From Convolutriloba macropyga (lineage: Eukaryota), in contig NC_134472.1 in NCBI RefSeq assembly GCF_964194025.1, forward strand, positions 12,524,001 through 12,588,000: 64,000 nucleotides of DNA, written 5' to 3'. The notes under the pieces are model-generated. The model saw only the letters and a list, made by a program, of their open reading frames with translations. It made no database searches and had not been told where the DNA came from. Positions 27,344 through 40,490 of this stretch are shown here, in pieces (the stretch's first letter is position 1; each line of letters begins with the position of its first letter). The translations under genes were made by a program, and so were the position numbers.

Positions 27344-28418
27344 CCCAGGTTTAGGTCCAGACCCAAATTGAGCTATGATCAGACTATGCAGACTGAAATG
27401 ACCTCTGATCAGACTTTCCAGACCGAAGTTACCTCTGATCAGACCTTCCAGACCAAAATGATCTCTGATCAGACTTTCCAGACCAAAATGTCTTCTGATC
27501 AGACCGAACCCAGACCACTGTCCAGACTATAGTGCGCTTATGATCAGACCCAAATTCGGACCATTGTCCAGACTATAAACAAACTATGATCAGACCATCT
27601 TCAGACCATGGTCCAGACTCAATTTCAGACCATTTCCCAGACCTTAATCAGACTATGATCAGACTCAAAATAGTCTCATCGGAGAAAGATTTTAATCATG
27701 AACAAATCTCTTAATTTTGCTATAATATATTCATTTCATAAAAACTGGTGTTTGCAGTATCAAAATCATCTAAGGAAAAGCCAATTCTGAAAATATTGCT
27801 AATGAAAACGAAACCTAAATGTTGAGAAAAAAATTGTTTACCATACCCCTTAGTTCATATTTCTGACTCAATGGATGAACTTAGACAGCTTTCCACAAGA
27901 AACGTCGTGGTCTTCAGTTAATCAAAGTTTCCTCTTGAGGGGACCAGCATTTGCTATCAGCTGGACTCCTTGTTTCTGATCAGAGTCATCGAATTTTAGA
28001 TGGGTCTTTGATCGGAACACTGCTGTATTGTTGCCTCTTGGCAGAGCCAACGTCCCTCAATAAAAAAAAACAAAAAAAATTGAAAAAATAATGCACTCGA
28101 AATCAGACCTTCCAGACTGAATTGACCTATGATCAGACCGAACCCAGACCTTGCTCAAGACTATAAAGACTGTGATCAGACCTTCCAGACCGAATTGACC
28201 TCTGATCGGACCAAACCCAGACCATGGTCCAGACTATGAAGACTATGAGCAGACCGTCCAGACCGAATTGACCTCTGATCAGACCAAAATCAGACCATTG
28301 TCCAGACTATTGTGCGCCCGAACCGCTTTCCAGACCCTGTAATTTTGGTCTGGGAACACAGGTTTGTGGGAACACAGGTCTGATCATAGCTCAATTTGGG
28401 TCTGGACCAAAACCTGGG
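27344..28418. mobile_element. Non-autonomous TIR DNA transposon (CCCAG termini, CMC/EnSpm-like) with ~30-bp internal tandem repeats
   Basis: ~41-bp TIR CCCAGGTTT(A/T)GGTCCAGACCCAAATTGAGCTATGATCAGAC with one mismatch; AT on both flanks; TGATCAGAC..TCCAGAC arrays at 27375-27665 and 28100-28310. Confidence 0.8.
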
Positions 28419-28699
28419 ATGAGAACTAAGAAGGTTTGAGTACATTTTATTGGATTCAATCTGAGAGATTCAAGATTCGGAATGATTAAGTTCAACTTTT
28501 TTAACATCTTAGAACGTCCCTTTAAAAAGCAGACTAATAGTTGTGGAAGTACCCAAAATTTGCTAGCGTTATTCTGAAAAATTTTAATTAGTTCAGTTAA
28601 GCAGAAAAACTTTCAAAACATCAAGTCTGACAAGCAAAATTGTTCTACGGATGATCAAATTATTTGATAAATTTTCATTTGCGTGAGAAATTTTGATGT

Positions 28700-31080
28700 T
28701 TGTGTAGTTGTTTAGTAGAACCACTTATAGAACTTGCGAGCACTATCTTTCCAAAATTCGTATTTTTGAAAAATAGTTTGTAATTTGGCCTAAATTCTTC
28801 CGATATTGAAATTTTTGAACAAAATATGTTTGAATTTCATGTAAATACTCTTTCTGCATTCCGATTAGCCAACAAATCATTTTATTTTACATGAGTTACA
28901 ACAACATTTCCAACAATTTTGTGATCTGTTTCTGGATTCTTAATTTTCAAGTTAGTCTGATTACTTTGAAGTAATAGAAATCGTGGATAATTCGGAGAAC
29001 CTTTTTTGCTGGGTACATTTAAAAATTGTCTTAAATGTTCCAACCCCTCGCAGTGCGGGAAGAGCTATATGCTAAAGTGATTTTATATTGTTTCGTCATT
29101 TTTGGCTGGTCGACCTATTTGACTTAACAAAGAAATGAGTAGTATCACTAGAAAAGCCCATTGGGCGTATAATTAGTCATTAAAAAGATGCTTCGAAATC
29201 TACTTTTGAAAGAGTTAATTTTGTTCTTACATTTTTGCTAGGATAATTTCGGTTGTAATAGCTCACTTTTTCTGTCAATTTTGGTAGAAATTTGAATAAC
29301 TTGGCTAAAATGTTTCAATTTTTTAACAAGAGTAGTATTGGTTATAACTGTAGAGATGACAGAAGATTGCGGAAGTAACTGATTTTCCTTTTTTACAAAA
29401 AATTTGGTTGAGTTTTTGAAAACAAATATCATTTTGCCAAAATTCTTCCTTTATTGAACTTTTTGGGCAATATAAGTTTGAACTTCATGTAAAAACTCCT
29501 TCTGTATTCCGATTAATCAACAAATCGGTTTAGCCTACATGAGTCAAAACAACATTTCCAGCAAGTTTGTTAACTACTTCTGGATTCTTAAATTGCAAGC
29601 GGAGAATGTTCTCAACCCTGAATAGAATTTAGCTCAAGTTAATTTAGCTCGATATAAGTTATGCAGAAAATAATCAATTTTTTTTTCAGTCAGTTCTCGC
29701 TGAAATTCTAAAACTCCTGAAGATTTTTATTTCCATGCAACCTTTCGGAAAAATTTAGTGGGATTCTCTGTTAGTTAGTCAGAAAACTCAGAAGAAAAAA
29801 ATCAAGGATATTTTGAAGGGCCATTTTTGCCTGGCTACTTTAAAAAATCGTTTTAATTGTTCCAACGACTGGGGGAAGAACTATATGCTAGGTTGGTTTT
29901 TTAATGTTCTGTTATTTTTGGCCGATCGACGTATTTGACTGAACAAAGAAATGAGTAGTATCTCTAGCCCATTGCGCGTATAATAAGTAATTAAAAAGGT
30001 GTTTCAGAATTTTTTGTTTTAGAAGAGCTGTTGTTGCATAAATTTTTGCAAAAAATAGTAAAATTTAGGTTCTTATAATTCATTTTTTAAGAAAATTTCG
30101 GTAGAACTTTAAATAATTTGGATATATAATTTGTCAAATTTTTAAAAATAGTAGCGTTGGTTATAACCTTAGAGATAAAAAAAGATTGCTGAACTAATTG
30201 ATTTTACGTTTTGTACAATTTTTTTCGCTGAGTTTGTGAAAAAACAATGTCATTTGGCCTAAACTCTTCCAATATTGAAGTTTTTGGGCAATATAAGTTT
30301 GAATTTTATGTTTGAAACAAATTGAGGAGTCCAATTAACCAACAAATTTTTTTAGTATACATGAGTTACAATACCATTTCGAAAAATTTTGTGAACTGTT
30401 TCTGGATTCTTAATTTTTAATTGCCTACTTTGAGGATTTTCTTAACCCTGAATACAATTTAGCTCATTTGTGATTGTCAAAAAATTGGTGTCAATTTAGC
30501 TCATTTGTGATTGTCAAAAAAAATGCAGCTTTTCAATCAATTTTGTTCTGACTTTTTTTGCTGAAACTCTAAAACTCCTGAAGATTTTGATTTCTATGCA
30601 ACCTTTCGGAAAACTGTAGTGGGATTCTTTGTTAGTTAGTCTGAGTACTTTGAAGTTGTAAAAATCAAGGATGTTTTGGAGAACCATTTTTGCCTGGTTA
30701 CTTTTGAAAACCGTTTTAATTGTTCCAACGACTCGGAGTAGGGGAAGAAAAATATGCTTAGTTTGTTTATTATTGTTCCGTCATAATTGGCCAATCGACA
30801 TATTTGACCTAATAAAAATGAGTTGTTTCACTATGAAGGCCCATTTGGCGTATAATAAATAAGAAAAGGTGTTTCGAATTTTTTTAGAAGAGTTGTCATT
30901 GTATTTATTTTTGCAAAAACTAGTCTAATTTTGGTTATTATAGTTAATTTTTTCTGTAAACTTTTGAAGGAGCGTTAATTAATTTGGCTAAAATTTGTAA
31001 AATTGCTAACAATAGTAGTATTGGTTTTAACTTTAGACATAAAAGAAGATTGTTGAACTAATTGATCTACTTTTCTTATA
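28700..31080. repeat. About three imperfect tandem copies of a 650-850 bp unit
   Basis: TTTGGCCTAAA(T/C)TCTTCC-like anchors at ~28784, ~29432 and ~30253; CCCATTG.GCGTATAAT at ~29157, ~29968 and ~30841. Confidence 0.8.
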
Positions 31081-33944
31081 AAAATGTCGGCAGGGTATTA
31101 AAAAATGTATAATATAAAGTATCACAAAATTTGCTTTTTATTCCCTTCTGTCCATTTTGGCAGGAAATGCAGGACAGAATTCTCCTAAGTGATTTTTTGT
31201 AAGCCTAAAATAGTGCTATTTTACTGCTAATTCCTATGAAAGTAATCTGAATTAAAAAATTTGACTGGCTTTTTGCTAATTTAAATCGATTTTTTGTCAA
31301 AATGAGTCATTCGGTTTGAAAATACTTCTCTTAATTTGAAAAAAATTTTGTGCCTGCTGAGCTTCAGAAACTAAGGTGAATAAGTTTTTTGATAGCGCCC
31401 TTGAAATCCAAAAGAAAACTGATGTTGAATGATAGGTCACAAAAGGAAAGTCCTTTTTCAGAGAAAATTTTTTATTACGGGCAGCTATACTAAATTTTTC
31501 TAATTTTTTTGCACTTCATTGTGTCTACGCTACATCTGAAGCTAAGAAAGCCTCATATGGTGCGTAGGGGCTACTGTTTAGATCAATAATACGATAGTTG
31601 ACATTTTCTAATATCAATTCTATTCTATCATATTCTTTCTCTCTTCATAATTTCTTCGTAAACTATCAGTAAATTATTGGGCTTTGCTCGTATTTAAAAT
31701 TTTTTGTGTTTAAAAGTTTGTTGTATTAACAACAACGCCCATTTCTCTTAGTGCACAAAAACTGCTCTAAAGTCTCCGGTACATAGCTGCTTGCTTACGA
31801 CTCCACTATAGTAGTCTCATGAAATTTAATCCAAAATTTTGCTCCCTGCTGTTAGTTGATATCGGATGTTAGTTTTTATGTATTAATTTAGTCCGGTTAA
31901 TGACGAGCGCTATTGACTTTCCAATGAAATATCAACAAACCAATTCAAAAATTATCGACGATAATTGTCTGTTTTCTTAATGCTTAGTTATTATAGAGTC
32001 TAACAAAATCTTAGTTATTCTTTCAACTCATATTGAAATGGTTCATGTCTGGTTGCTTAGTCTGGGAAATGACACATCCATTGGTTTTTTCGTCAGATAC
32101 AAATAAGATTATTTATTGTTTCTATGTGATTACCTCCGCTTTTACTACTTTATTTCTATGTAGTCTCAAAATTGTTAGTGATATTCGAATCCTGTCCTTA
32201 TATATTGATGTCTTTGATGTTGTTTTCCTGTCACATTGTTTCAAAAAAGAAGGGTTTTTTATCTCTCCAATAAGACCAGAAAACTTCTCCAATGCTTCCA
32301 GTTGAAAGCTATTTGTGGACTTTATGACTATCAATTTTAGTCCACTGAAATATTAGTGCCCTTTTAGCTTTTTAGTTTTTTTTACAATTCGAATTTGAAT
32401 TGTTTTGGGGCGCTGTTTTGTTAAGATCTGTTAACACATTTCATGATTTTTGAACCAAATTGGAATAGTGATTTTGGTCACTCCGAAACAGGAAGTGGAG
32501 CGAAAAAGCGAGTGGTTTTGCGACGTGAAATTTTTTTGCTCTTATTTGAAAGTAGAGTGAGAAAACGGTGTTTGAACAAAAAATTTGCTTTCTCGCTAGT
32601 GGTTTTTTTGTTCACAAGTGGCAATTTCACCTTGATTTTTACAGTTTTTTCAATTTTTTTGATCGGATTTTTTTTCTAAATAGTTCTCCCAATCCATTCA
32701 TAGTTCATTCTAGGCCTAGTTTTTTGTTTGAACCAAGTTTCTATTTCTCGCTAGTAGTTTTTTTGTTCACATGCGGCATTTTGACATTTGTTTGTTTGTT
32801 TTTATTTTTTTTATTTTTTTAGAAATGGTTTTCTCAATTCACTGTTAGTCCGTTCTAGGTCTAATTGTTTGTTTAGTCAATGAAAATTCTTTGAATTGTA
32901 CGTCAGGACTTCTCCTGCTATGTTGTTTTAATTTCCTTTGGTGATCTTTGCTTCGGTGAAAAATAACTCGGCTCAATGGCGCTTTAATGAGACATAAACA
33001 AACGTCTAAAAGTTACAGTTGATAGGTGTTTGTCTTTAGGACTTTAGCGCTGTGTAATCTTCGTTACTTTTAATTCTTTTTTAAGTTTTGCTATGATAGT
33101 TTTTATTGTCCTGCCACATATTTGTGTTAACTCAAGTCTCAATGGCTCTCTGCTGATTTACATTTCAATCATTCCAATGGTGGTCTTTCATATCAATCAG
33201 TGCTTACAACTTAGCCAAAAGTTGTATTCATTGAAGTTTCATTTTGAAAGTTTCAAATTTTCGCCAAAGTTTTATTGTTCATTTATTTGTCTAATAATTA
33301 AGTCCTGTTAATCACAATTGTTATTAACAGAAATGCTTATGGTATATTTAAATCTGATAAATTTGTATGAACGCCGTGTTTATGAATTTTTGTATGTAGC
33401 TTTGGTTATTTTCCTTTCTAGTAGTCTCTAGGAAAATTTTAGAGTGGATGTCACGTATTCTTGCAGATACAGTACTATGTATTTGTTGACGGTCAAACAT
33501 GGAATTAGAAATTGTTAACTGTCTCGCCATTAGTTAATTCAATTCTCTGGACTGTAGTCCAGGACTTGACCTGCTACGTTTTCCTTCAATTTGTCGTCTT
33601 CTTTGATATTAGCCAAAACCATCTGATAACGCCGTGAGAATTCTAAAAATGAGTTTTGTGACCAGTTTTACAACTCAATAGCTCAAAGTTTTTGCTTGAA
33701 TAATTAAGTGTTTTTTTTGATAAATGTTTTTTAATGAGAAGTTGCAAAAACAAATACTTTGATTAGATTAATTTTTGTCTCTCTTTTAATTAAATGGAAA
33801 ATAAACTTCAAGGGTTTTGACAACTGGTTTACATATTTGTCATTCTATTATAATCCATCAAATTCTTTTATAATTATTTGATTAAATTACAAAGCAAAAA
33901 CTAAGCTTTATTGTAAGAAACCTTTACTTCATTTGCTAGTCATT

Positions 33945-34010
33945 TAGGTCAAATTTGGGATGAGCGTGATCGGAACATTATGTGGGCACGCACAATAACA
34001 AGCTTTTTTG
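33945..34010 (-). mobile_element. Diverged 5' terminus of the Helentron-like family
   Basis: GATGAGCGTGATCGGAACATTATGTGGGCACGCACAATAACAAGC aligns with 25249-25302. Confidence 0.5.
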
Positions 34011-35678
34011 TCATCTAACGTTTGTTGAAAACTTATAAATTTCAAAGTTTGATTTCTTATTTGAAAACCACCAACGCTCAGGCCATTACTAAATGGAATT
34101 TATTGCAATCTACGCATAAAAATCATCAACTCTCTAGGTAATCATTTGATTTGTTGTAGAATTCCCTTCGTTGCGTTGAAGCAGAAAACTGGGATGTAAT
34201 TTTTCTGGTTACTTGTTCTATTATAGTTGGCTATCTGTCAAGTTTTTGTTTTTTAGAGCTTTTAGAATAAATAAACCAAATCATTTTTTCTTTTATATTA
34301 TTTTTGCAAATTACAATAAGACAAAAAAAATTCATAAAGGCTATTGTTGCATTTTCATTGAGATGACAAATATATACGAAAAACGTTTTCATTTGAGATA
34401 AAGACTAGTTACCCAAAAGCAACAAAAATTGCATCCATAAAATTTTTTAGGGTCTCAGTTTCTTCTCGTAATTTTTTGGAATTGTAAATTGTTACTGGAT
34501 CCAAAACAAAACACTATTCACTCATAAATAAAAACCACATCAGAAAAAACCAGTGAAAACATTCATTTAAACCCGAGAGTTAGATACTAACAATTTGCGA
34601 AAAAATGAACTCAGCGCACAAGGTAAGTCACGTGAAAACCACTACAGAGAGCGTTTTTGGAGTATTGCACGAATAATTTCGGAGTTTTCGTTGACAATTA
34701 ATTAAAAGATTGGCATAACAATGTTTCAAATTGAATTCCAACAGATTTTACAATCTATTGAAACTAGTTGTAAAGATAAATGGAATTAAGAAACAATGGG
34801 TCAAAAGTGTCCAACAAAAAAAGAAAAATTGACGCAACTTTTTTTCTTATCCAGACACTTTTGGCGTCACCGTATTAATTAAAAAAGCTTGAACCACCGA
34901 AGAAGAAAAAAAAGATGAAAGCAATTTGTTCACTAGAAAAATAAATCCTTCAAAAAAGTCTCAAAATCGAACGAACGGCGATCAGAACAAAGCTTTCCAA
35001 CTTTTAGCAGATGATTTCAGCAATGAAAGCAAAATATGTATTCGAAAAACGACACATTAGAAAACTGAATGTTAAATTCTATTCAAACTTAATTTGCTGA
35101 TGAGATGGGATGTTCTTCAAATATGGATAAATTGAGGAGAATCTACGGAGATGGTGAAACAAAACGCCCTTTGTTATGATTAAGTCATTGGAAAACTATT
35201 ATAAATAAAACCGAAATATGTCCAGATGCTTTCAAAATCAAGTTTAACTAGAAATTTTGTTGATCCTCTCTTTGAAATTTCTCCGAATTTATAAAACTAA
35301 CTCCAACTAATATGTAAATTATTGAAAATGTGGGAAAAGTTTAAAGATCGATACAATAGATTCTATGTTTTGAACTGAGCATAAGCAAAATACCTAACTT
35401 ACATATAAGGTCCGGCTAAAAGGAAAAATAATAGGGTAAAGACAAAAGTGTGAATTCAACGTGTAAACATAAAATATCAGTTGTAAACTGAAAACTGAAA
35501 ATATATTGAACTTAGTTTGAAGTAATAGAATTTATTGTTTCCTTCAGTTTCTACACAGTCTGTTTTTAGAAACCAGCAAGCTAAAAAGCAAACGTACTGC
35601 AGTTTAAAGATTTTAAGCTTGACGAAACGAAAACTTTCCTAAACCAGAATGTACTTATAATTTTTGTCGGACCAAACC

Positions 35679-35878
35679 NNNNNNNNNNNNNNNNNNNNNN
35701 NNNNNNNNNNNNNNNNNNNNNNNNNNNNNNNNNNNNNNNNNNNNNNNNNNNNNNNNNNNNNNNNNNNNNNNNNNNNNNNNNNNNNNNNNNNNNNNNNNNN
35801 NNNNNNNNNNNNNNNNNNNNNNNNNNNNNNNNNNNNNNNNNNNNNNNNNNNNNNNNNNNNNNNNNNNNNNNNNNNNNN
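35679..35878. other. Assembly gap (200 N)
   Basis: Run of N. Confidence 1.
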
Positions 35879-36478
35879 CTCTGAGAAAACAATTGGGATG
35901 GATATCCTGTTCCGTCTGTCGAGCAAAGTACTAGAACATACAAATGAACAAAAAAATTCGCCATCGAGTAAAAAAAAAGTAAGCGCTTGTTGTTAAGGAA
36001 ATTGAACTATACCAGGGACGTCAAATATTTTTTACCTGAAAATTAACTCATCATCAAGAGGTGCGGAAAGTTTCATTTCTCAGCCTTTCCGTTTTCTGAT
36101 AGAACCAACGTACCGCTCCCAATACTCTATGAAGTCACTGAGAGAATCTGGAATCAATAAAAAACTGCATGGTGGTTTTCAATAGAAGCCAGAATCTCGG
36201 AGTGATTTCATTCTTGGTTGAAACACAAAGTTTTTGAGTTGAAAGGCTGGCACTGTATATAGGAATTTATGACATTGTAGAACCTGGCAATTGCAGAGAA
36301 TGTGGCAGGTTAAAATTTTAAAAGTTGCACGCAAGTGTTTCAAGCGTGCCTTATCATTTATTATGTTTCTACTTATTTATTTCTTTTATTTCTAAAAAAT
36401 CTCATTAATCTCAATAAAGGCAGGTTTTAAAAAAATATATAGCATCAAGCGTTTTCATTTGTGTACAGCAGTTATAAT

Positions 36479-37413
36479 TGTAGTATTGCTAATTGGATAA
36501 TTGCCGCCGCAATTACCGATACTACAGAGAGTATAATTATTTAACCGTCGACTTTGTGAACACTTTAGACTTAGTCTAAACTGACGGAATATTAAGAGAG
36601 AGCTATGCTGCGTGAATTTCGTTGAGTGAATGAATACATTATTCATAGCCAAATACTGCTGTGTATTATTTAATACACTATGCAGCGGTCCATACCGGCT
36701 GATTCACCACCGCTATTAATACGCGTAATACGTGAAGGATACTGAAGGCTATCCAGGCCGCTCTTCAGCACCAATTCTGAAACGAATATATGACTAAAGA
36801 CGAGTAGTAGTCGGCTCCACGAATGACCTAGGAATTGATTCGGAGCTAGTCATAGGTCTTGTGATTTTTAGTCGTGTTTGACTCAATTATAAACACGCAC
36901 GAGACTAGATTTTGCTGCTGAAGGAAATCAGTTCTCCAACTCAACCAGCGCAACTTAAGACGCTAAAAATCTAACCAAAAAAATTCTCTTCTCTCTCTTC
37001 CTCTCTCTGCTCTAAGAGCGAAACCACTATTTTCTCCGCTAAGCGGGACTATCTGCAGCAATTGTAAGTCTGCCAATTTTCTAACAAAAATAGAGTTAAA
37101 GTATTATTCATATCCGGCAGTAAGATGGATTCAATTTCTTGATTAAGATTAGATACCCCACCATATTTTTAAGTAGGAATTAACCCCCAATTGTGCTCTA
37201 TCATTTTTATCTATTTACTAATTAACCTTTGTATCTAACCAATTTTATTTTCTAGCAAATAACACATAGATTTGGAAATTAGCAAAGAACATTGTGAGCA
37301 TATTGTGAGACTTATTCTAGCACGCAATTAAGGTCGCTACAATAACATAGGTTTAGCTCTAGTGTGGTAATTAAGATCAAGCGAATAAAATACCTACCAC
37401 ATCAGAGTTAAAA
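36479..37413 (+). repeat. 5' LTR (~935 bp)
   Basis: Direct repeat of 53682-54614. Starts TGTAGTATTG and ends GAGTTAAAA; TATAAA at 36888; AATAAA at 37384. Confidence 0.97.
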
Positions 37414-37415
37414 AC

Positions 37416-37429
37416 TGGTGCGACGAGGA
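37416..37429 (+). promoter_or_regulatory. Primer binding site, similar to the tRNA-Ser(GCU) 3'-end complement
   Basis: TGGTGCGACGAGGA directly after the LTR. The canonical Ser(GCU) complement is TGGCGACGAGGA, so 2 extra nt are present here. Confidence 0.7.
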
Positions 37430-38199
37430 ATAAAGAACGTCGGTTGCTCACACATTTAGGAGCCTGGTGGACTTTTTGTGGCTAGTTTTCCAAACCAAAA
37501 ACCCAGAGGTCACACAGGTTCTATGGTAGGGCCACATACCGCGCTATCCCAGTACCTGTGTGAGATGTTCTAAGATTCTGAACGTCTCAATTACGACCGA
37601 CTAAAAGAGACGGGTTCTCCCCACAAAAGAACAGTCCACTGATTTAATAACTTTGAGCACCGGTTCTTTGCTTCTCAGACCCAAATTTTGACACTGTAGG
37701 TTGGTTTTTTAAGCGCACACGTGAGTACATAATTGTGTATCATAAAAAGACGTATTTGTACTCCCCCCCGCACAAAATTCGACAAGACCGGTCACATTAA
37801 TGTTACTTTTAGACTAAATAATTGTGTTCAACTTAACCAAATCTTTAATACTGTTAGCATAACGAACTGTACTATCCCCCCTAGTCCTATATACGAAATC
37901 ATACATCAATATCCATTAATCTAGCTCGCATTTATTGTCCGTAACTTAACCTTAGCGTGTCCTATACATCTTAACTTATAATTTATCATCTAAATAGTCG
38001 AACTTATCATCCTCCAAACCCATAGTATTGCAAAAACAAATTGACCCACATGCAAATAAGCCTAGTTTAACGTGGTTCTACCTCATTATACATGCATAGT
38101 GTACCTTTTAGTGTCTCTAAAAGTTAATAAATCACTCTGATAGCTACAAATAACGTTGTATTGTTAACCAAACACCCCAGCAGTCACTATAACGCCTCG

Positions 38200-39230
38200 A
38201 TTTAGCCCCCCAATTTCCAAAATTTCATAGTTTTGAGATAAGCAAAGTTGGTTTTATCAGGTTTTTAGCCCAATTTTTCCTATTTTTTGCCAAAATTAAC
38301 AGGAATTAGTAAGAATTCATCCAAAAATCAGCCAATTGTACACGATTTTTCACTAGAATTGTCCGGAATAAAGTGAAAACTTTTATTTTTCATCAGATTT
38401 TTGAAGAATTTAGCCCTGTTTGGTGTAGAAATTGTGTGTTTTTTGCCTAAATTCACCTCAGTTTTGACTAAATAATTGAGTTTTGGTGCCAAAATCCACT
38501 AAATTTCACCAAAATAAGCCCAGATTGTTCTCTAAAATTGCCAAATTAAGCTCATATATTCCTAAAATTCACTTATTTAGACCAAATTTTTTCAATTTTT
38601 ACCTAAAAAGTGCCCAATTTTAGAGCCTTTAGTCCTAAATTTGCCCATTTTTGACCAAAATATTTCAGTTTTTATCTGAAATTCATGCAAATTAATCGGT
38701 TTTAATCCAGAATTTGCCTGAAATTAACCAATAACTAACTATATGTAGTAAATTTTGACCACAATTTTTGCTTTTAGACACAAAATTGAAATAATTTTAA
38801 CCCGAAACTATTAGATTTGACCCAAATTATTGACATATTAGCCCAAAATTGTCAAAAAATTGTCAAGTTTAGACAAAATTTTCCCGATTTCACCCTGTTT
38901 CATTAAGAAAACACCCGCTTTTGGTAAAGAATTGTCAAAATTTGCCAAGATTTTACAATATTTTGTCTAAATTGATCTGGTAATTGATCAAAATTGACCC
39001 AAAATTGTCATTTTTTGCCCAAAATTGACCCAAAATTCACTCAGGTAATCCAAAAATTGCCCAGAACTTGTAAAAAATTACCCAAATTGAACCACAACAA
39101 GTGAAAAATATCTCATTTTGGATACAAATTAGCGGTACAAATCTCAAAATTGGCCTCAAAATTCCGAATAATTTCCTGAAATTCGCCAATAATCCTGAAG
39201 TATGACTAAATATTCGAACACAGAAACAAG
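38200..39230 (+). repeat. Degenerate ~11-bp periodic A/T-tract repeat in the element leader
   Basis: For example CAAAATTGACC CAAAATTGTCA TTTTTTGCC CAAAATTGACC CAAAATTCAC at ~38989-39040. Confidence 0.65.
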
Positions 39231-39515
39231 AAAATAGCTATTGAAGACTATTAACGCCTGTTTTAAGTTCATATACTAATAGAAATATAGCGTTTTGTCC
39301 AAAACTAACCACCAAAACGGCAAACTTAAAGGAAATAACACGATCTTTTCGTGCAACCTTTTTCAGTAAACGTTCCCTTTACTGGTATTTTGTAATATTT
39401 AAGTTTCTCCTTCGTTTTTCTGAGCCATATATTCGATTGCACTTGTTGGGTTACGTATAATTCTGCTACAAATTCACTTCAACAAATTTAAATTTCCAGT
39501 TTTTGCAAAAAGTTT

Positions 39516-39776
39516 ATGGAATACCTAATAGGAGACAAACAAATAAGTATTAAGGATAACTCAGCAGACTGTCGAGTGCTCAAATACGTCACTGACGTTG
39601 AACAATCATACGTGACAATAGTCTACCGTATCAAAAGAACAAAAACTGTTGGTCAAGTAACCATTTTCAAAGCTGAAAACACCTCTCTAGATTATTTGTT
39701 TAATAGACTTAATAAACGTGGCTCAATCATCGATTTACAATGTATGTACACTCTACCACACGCTTCCAATAAATGA
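39516..39776 (+). CDS. Accessory ORF U1, 86 aa, small-domain family A
   Basis: ATG start; aligns with U3/U4 (RVLKY...Q..VTIVYR...AEN...GSIIDL); its stop overlaps the next ATG (ATGA). Confidence 0.7.
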   Translation: MEYLIGDKQISIKDNSADCRVLKYVTDVEQSYVTIVYRIKRTKTVGQVTIFKAENTSLDYLFNRLNKRGSIIDLQCMYTLPHASNK

Positions 39777-40102
39777 GTGAAAGCAGCCAAAATCTGAAAT
39801 TAGTACCCTTGCCAGATAATAAACTCTATAAGTTTGAAGAAGTTTGCATGTTTTTACCCACACTACCTGACTTTGTTAAAGAAATAATCCAAAAAGAAAT
39901 AGTTTATTGTGTTCTAATAAGAAAATCTGATAGCGATAATCAAATCATTTCCTATCGAGTCAGAGTATATAGGCCAATACTAACAACCGCCTACTCTGAA
40001 AGCAATCAAAAACCAAAATTTAGTCGCGAAGGAAAATTTTTCTGGATAGAATTTCGACTAACCGAAGATGGTTGCTATCAACGAATGAACAAATGCCCAT
40101 AA
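39773..40102 (+). CDS. Accessory ORF U2, 109 aa, unknown function
   Basis: ATG overlaps the U1 stop; globular-looking composition. Confidence 0.65.
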   Translation: MSESSQNLKLVPLPDNKLYKFEEVCMFLPTLPDFVKEIIQKEIVYCVLIRKSDSDNQIISYRVRVYRPILTTAYSESNQKPKFSREGKFFWIEFRLTEDGCYQRMNKCP

Positions 40103-40190
40103 TTATTTAATCTCAAAAATTTTTGTATAAAACGAAGTGAAAAATAAAACAAAAACTCTTTTTTATTCTTATTGTCTTATATTCTAGCCT

Positions 40191-40415
40191 ATGGATATTA
40201 GTACAAAGCATCTAAATGTAACAATTTTGTACGACGATAAAGTTGCAAAAGTTAAAAGGTACACCTTAAATAACGATAAACAATCTCTGATTATTTATTA
40301 CAGGTTTGTTAACGATCCGCGCCTACACAGTTTTATAACATATGCAAGTTCTAATCCTGAATTTTACAAAACTTTGAAAGCTTTGCACACGCCCAATAGT
40401 TATATTGAACTCTAG
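40191..40415 (+). CDS. Accessory ORF U3, 74 aa, family A
   Basis: Clear paralog of U4: KV..Y.L...KQ...I / IT.A..NP.F...L.AL.TPNS..E. Confidence 0.8.
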   Translation: MDISTKHLNVTILYDDKVAKVKRYTLNNDKQSLIIYYRFVNDPRLHSFITYASSNPEFYKTLKALHTPNSYIEL

Positions 40416-40490
40416 TTCACTAAACTTAACTTAATTTTGTAACTAATACTGTCTAAAATTACATCTTTTTTAGAGCAAAAGTTGAATTCG

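Noticed and set aside
27375-28310. CRISPR-like regularly spaced repeats
   Set aside because: There are no unique spacers or cas genes. The units are degenerate tandem repeats inside a TIR element in a eukaryotic context.
35581-35996. ORFs of 95-127 aa
   Set aside because: Artefacts of translating through the N gap.
34560-36350. Possible decayed DNA transposase and Tc1-like TIR (34852-34873)
   Set aside because: Only faint motif hints, interrupted by the gap, and no partner TIR was found.
36455-36652. Antisense ORFs in the LTRs (also 53604-53855)
   Set aside because: They are short, run out of the LTR into different flanks and have no recognisable features.
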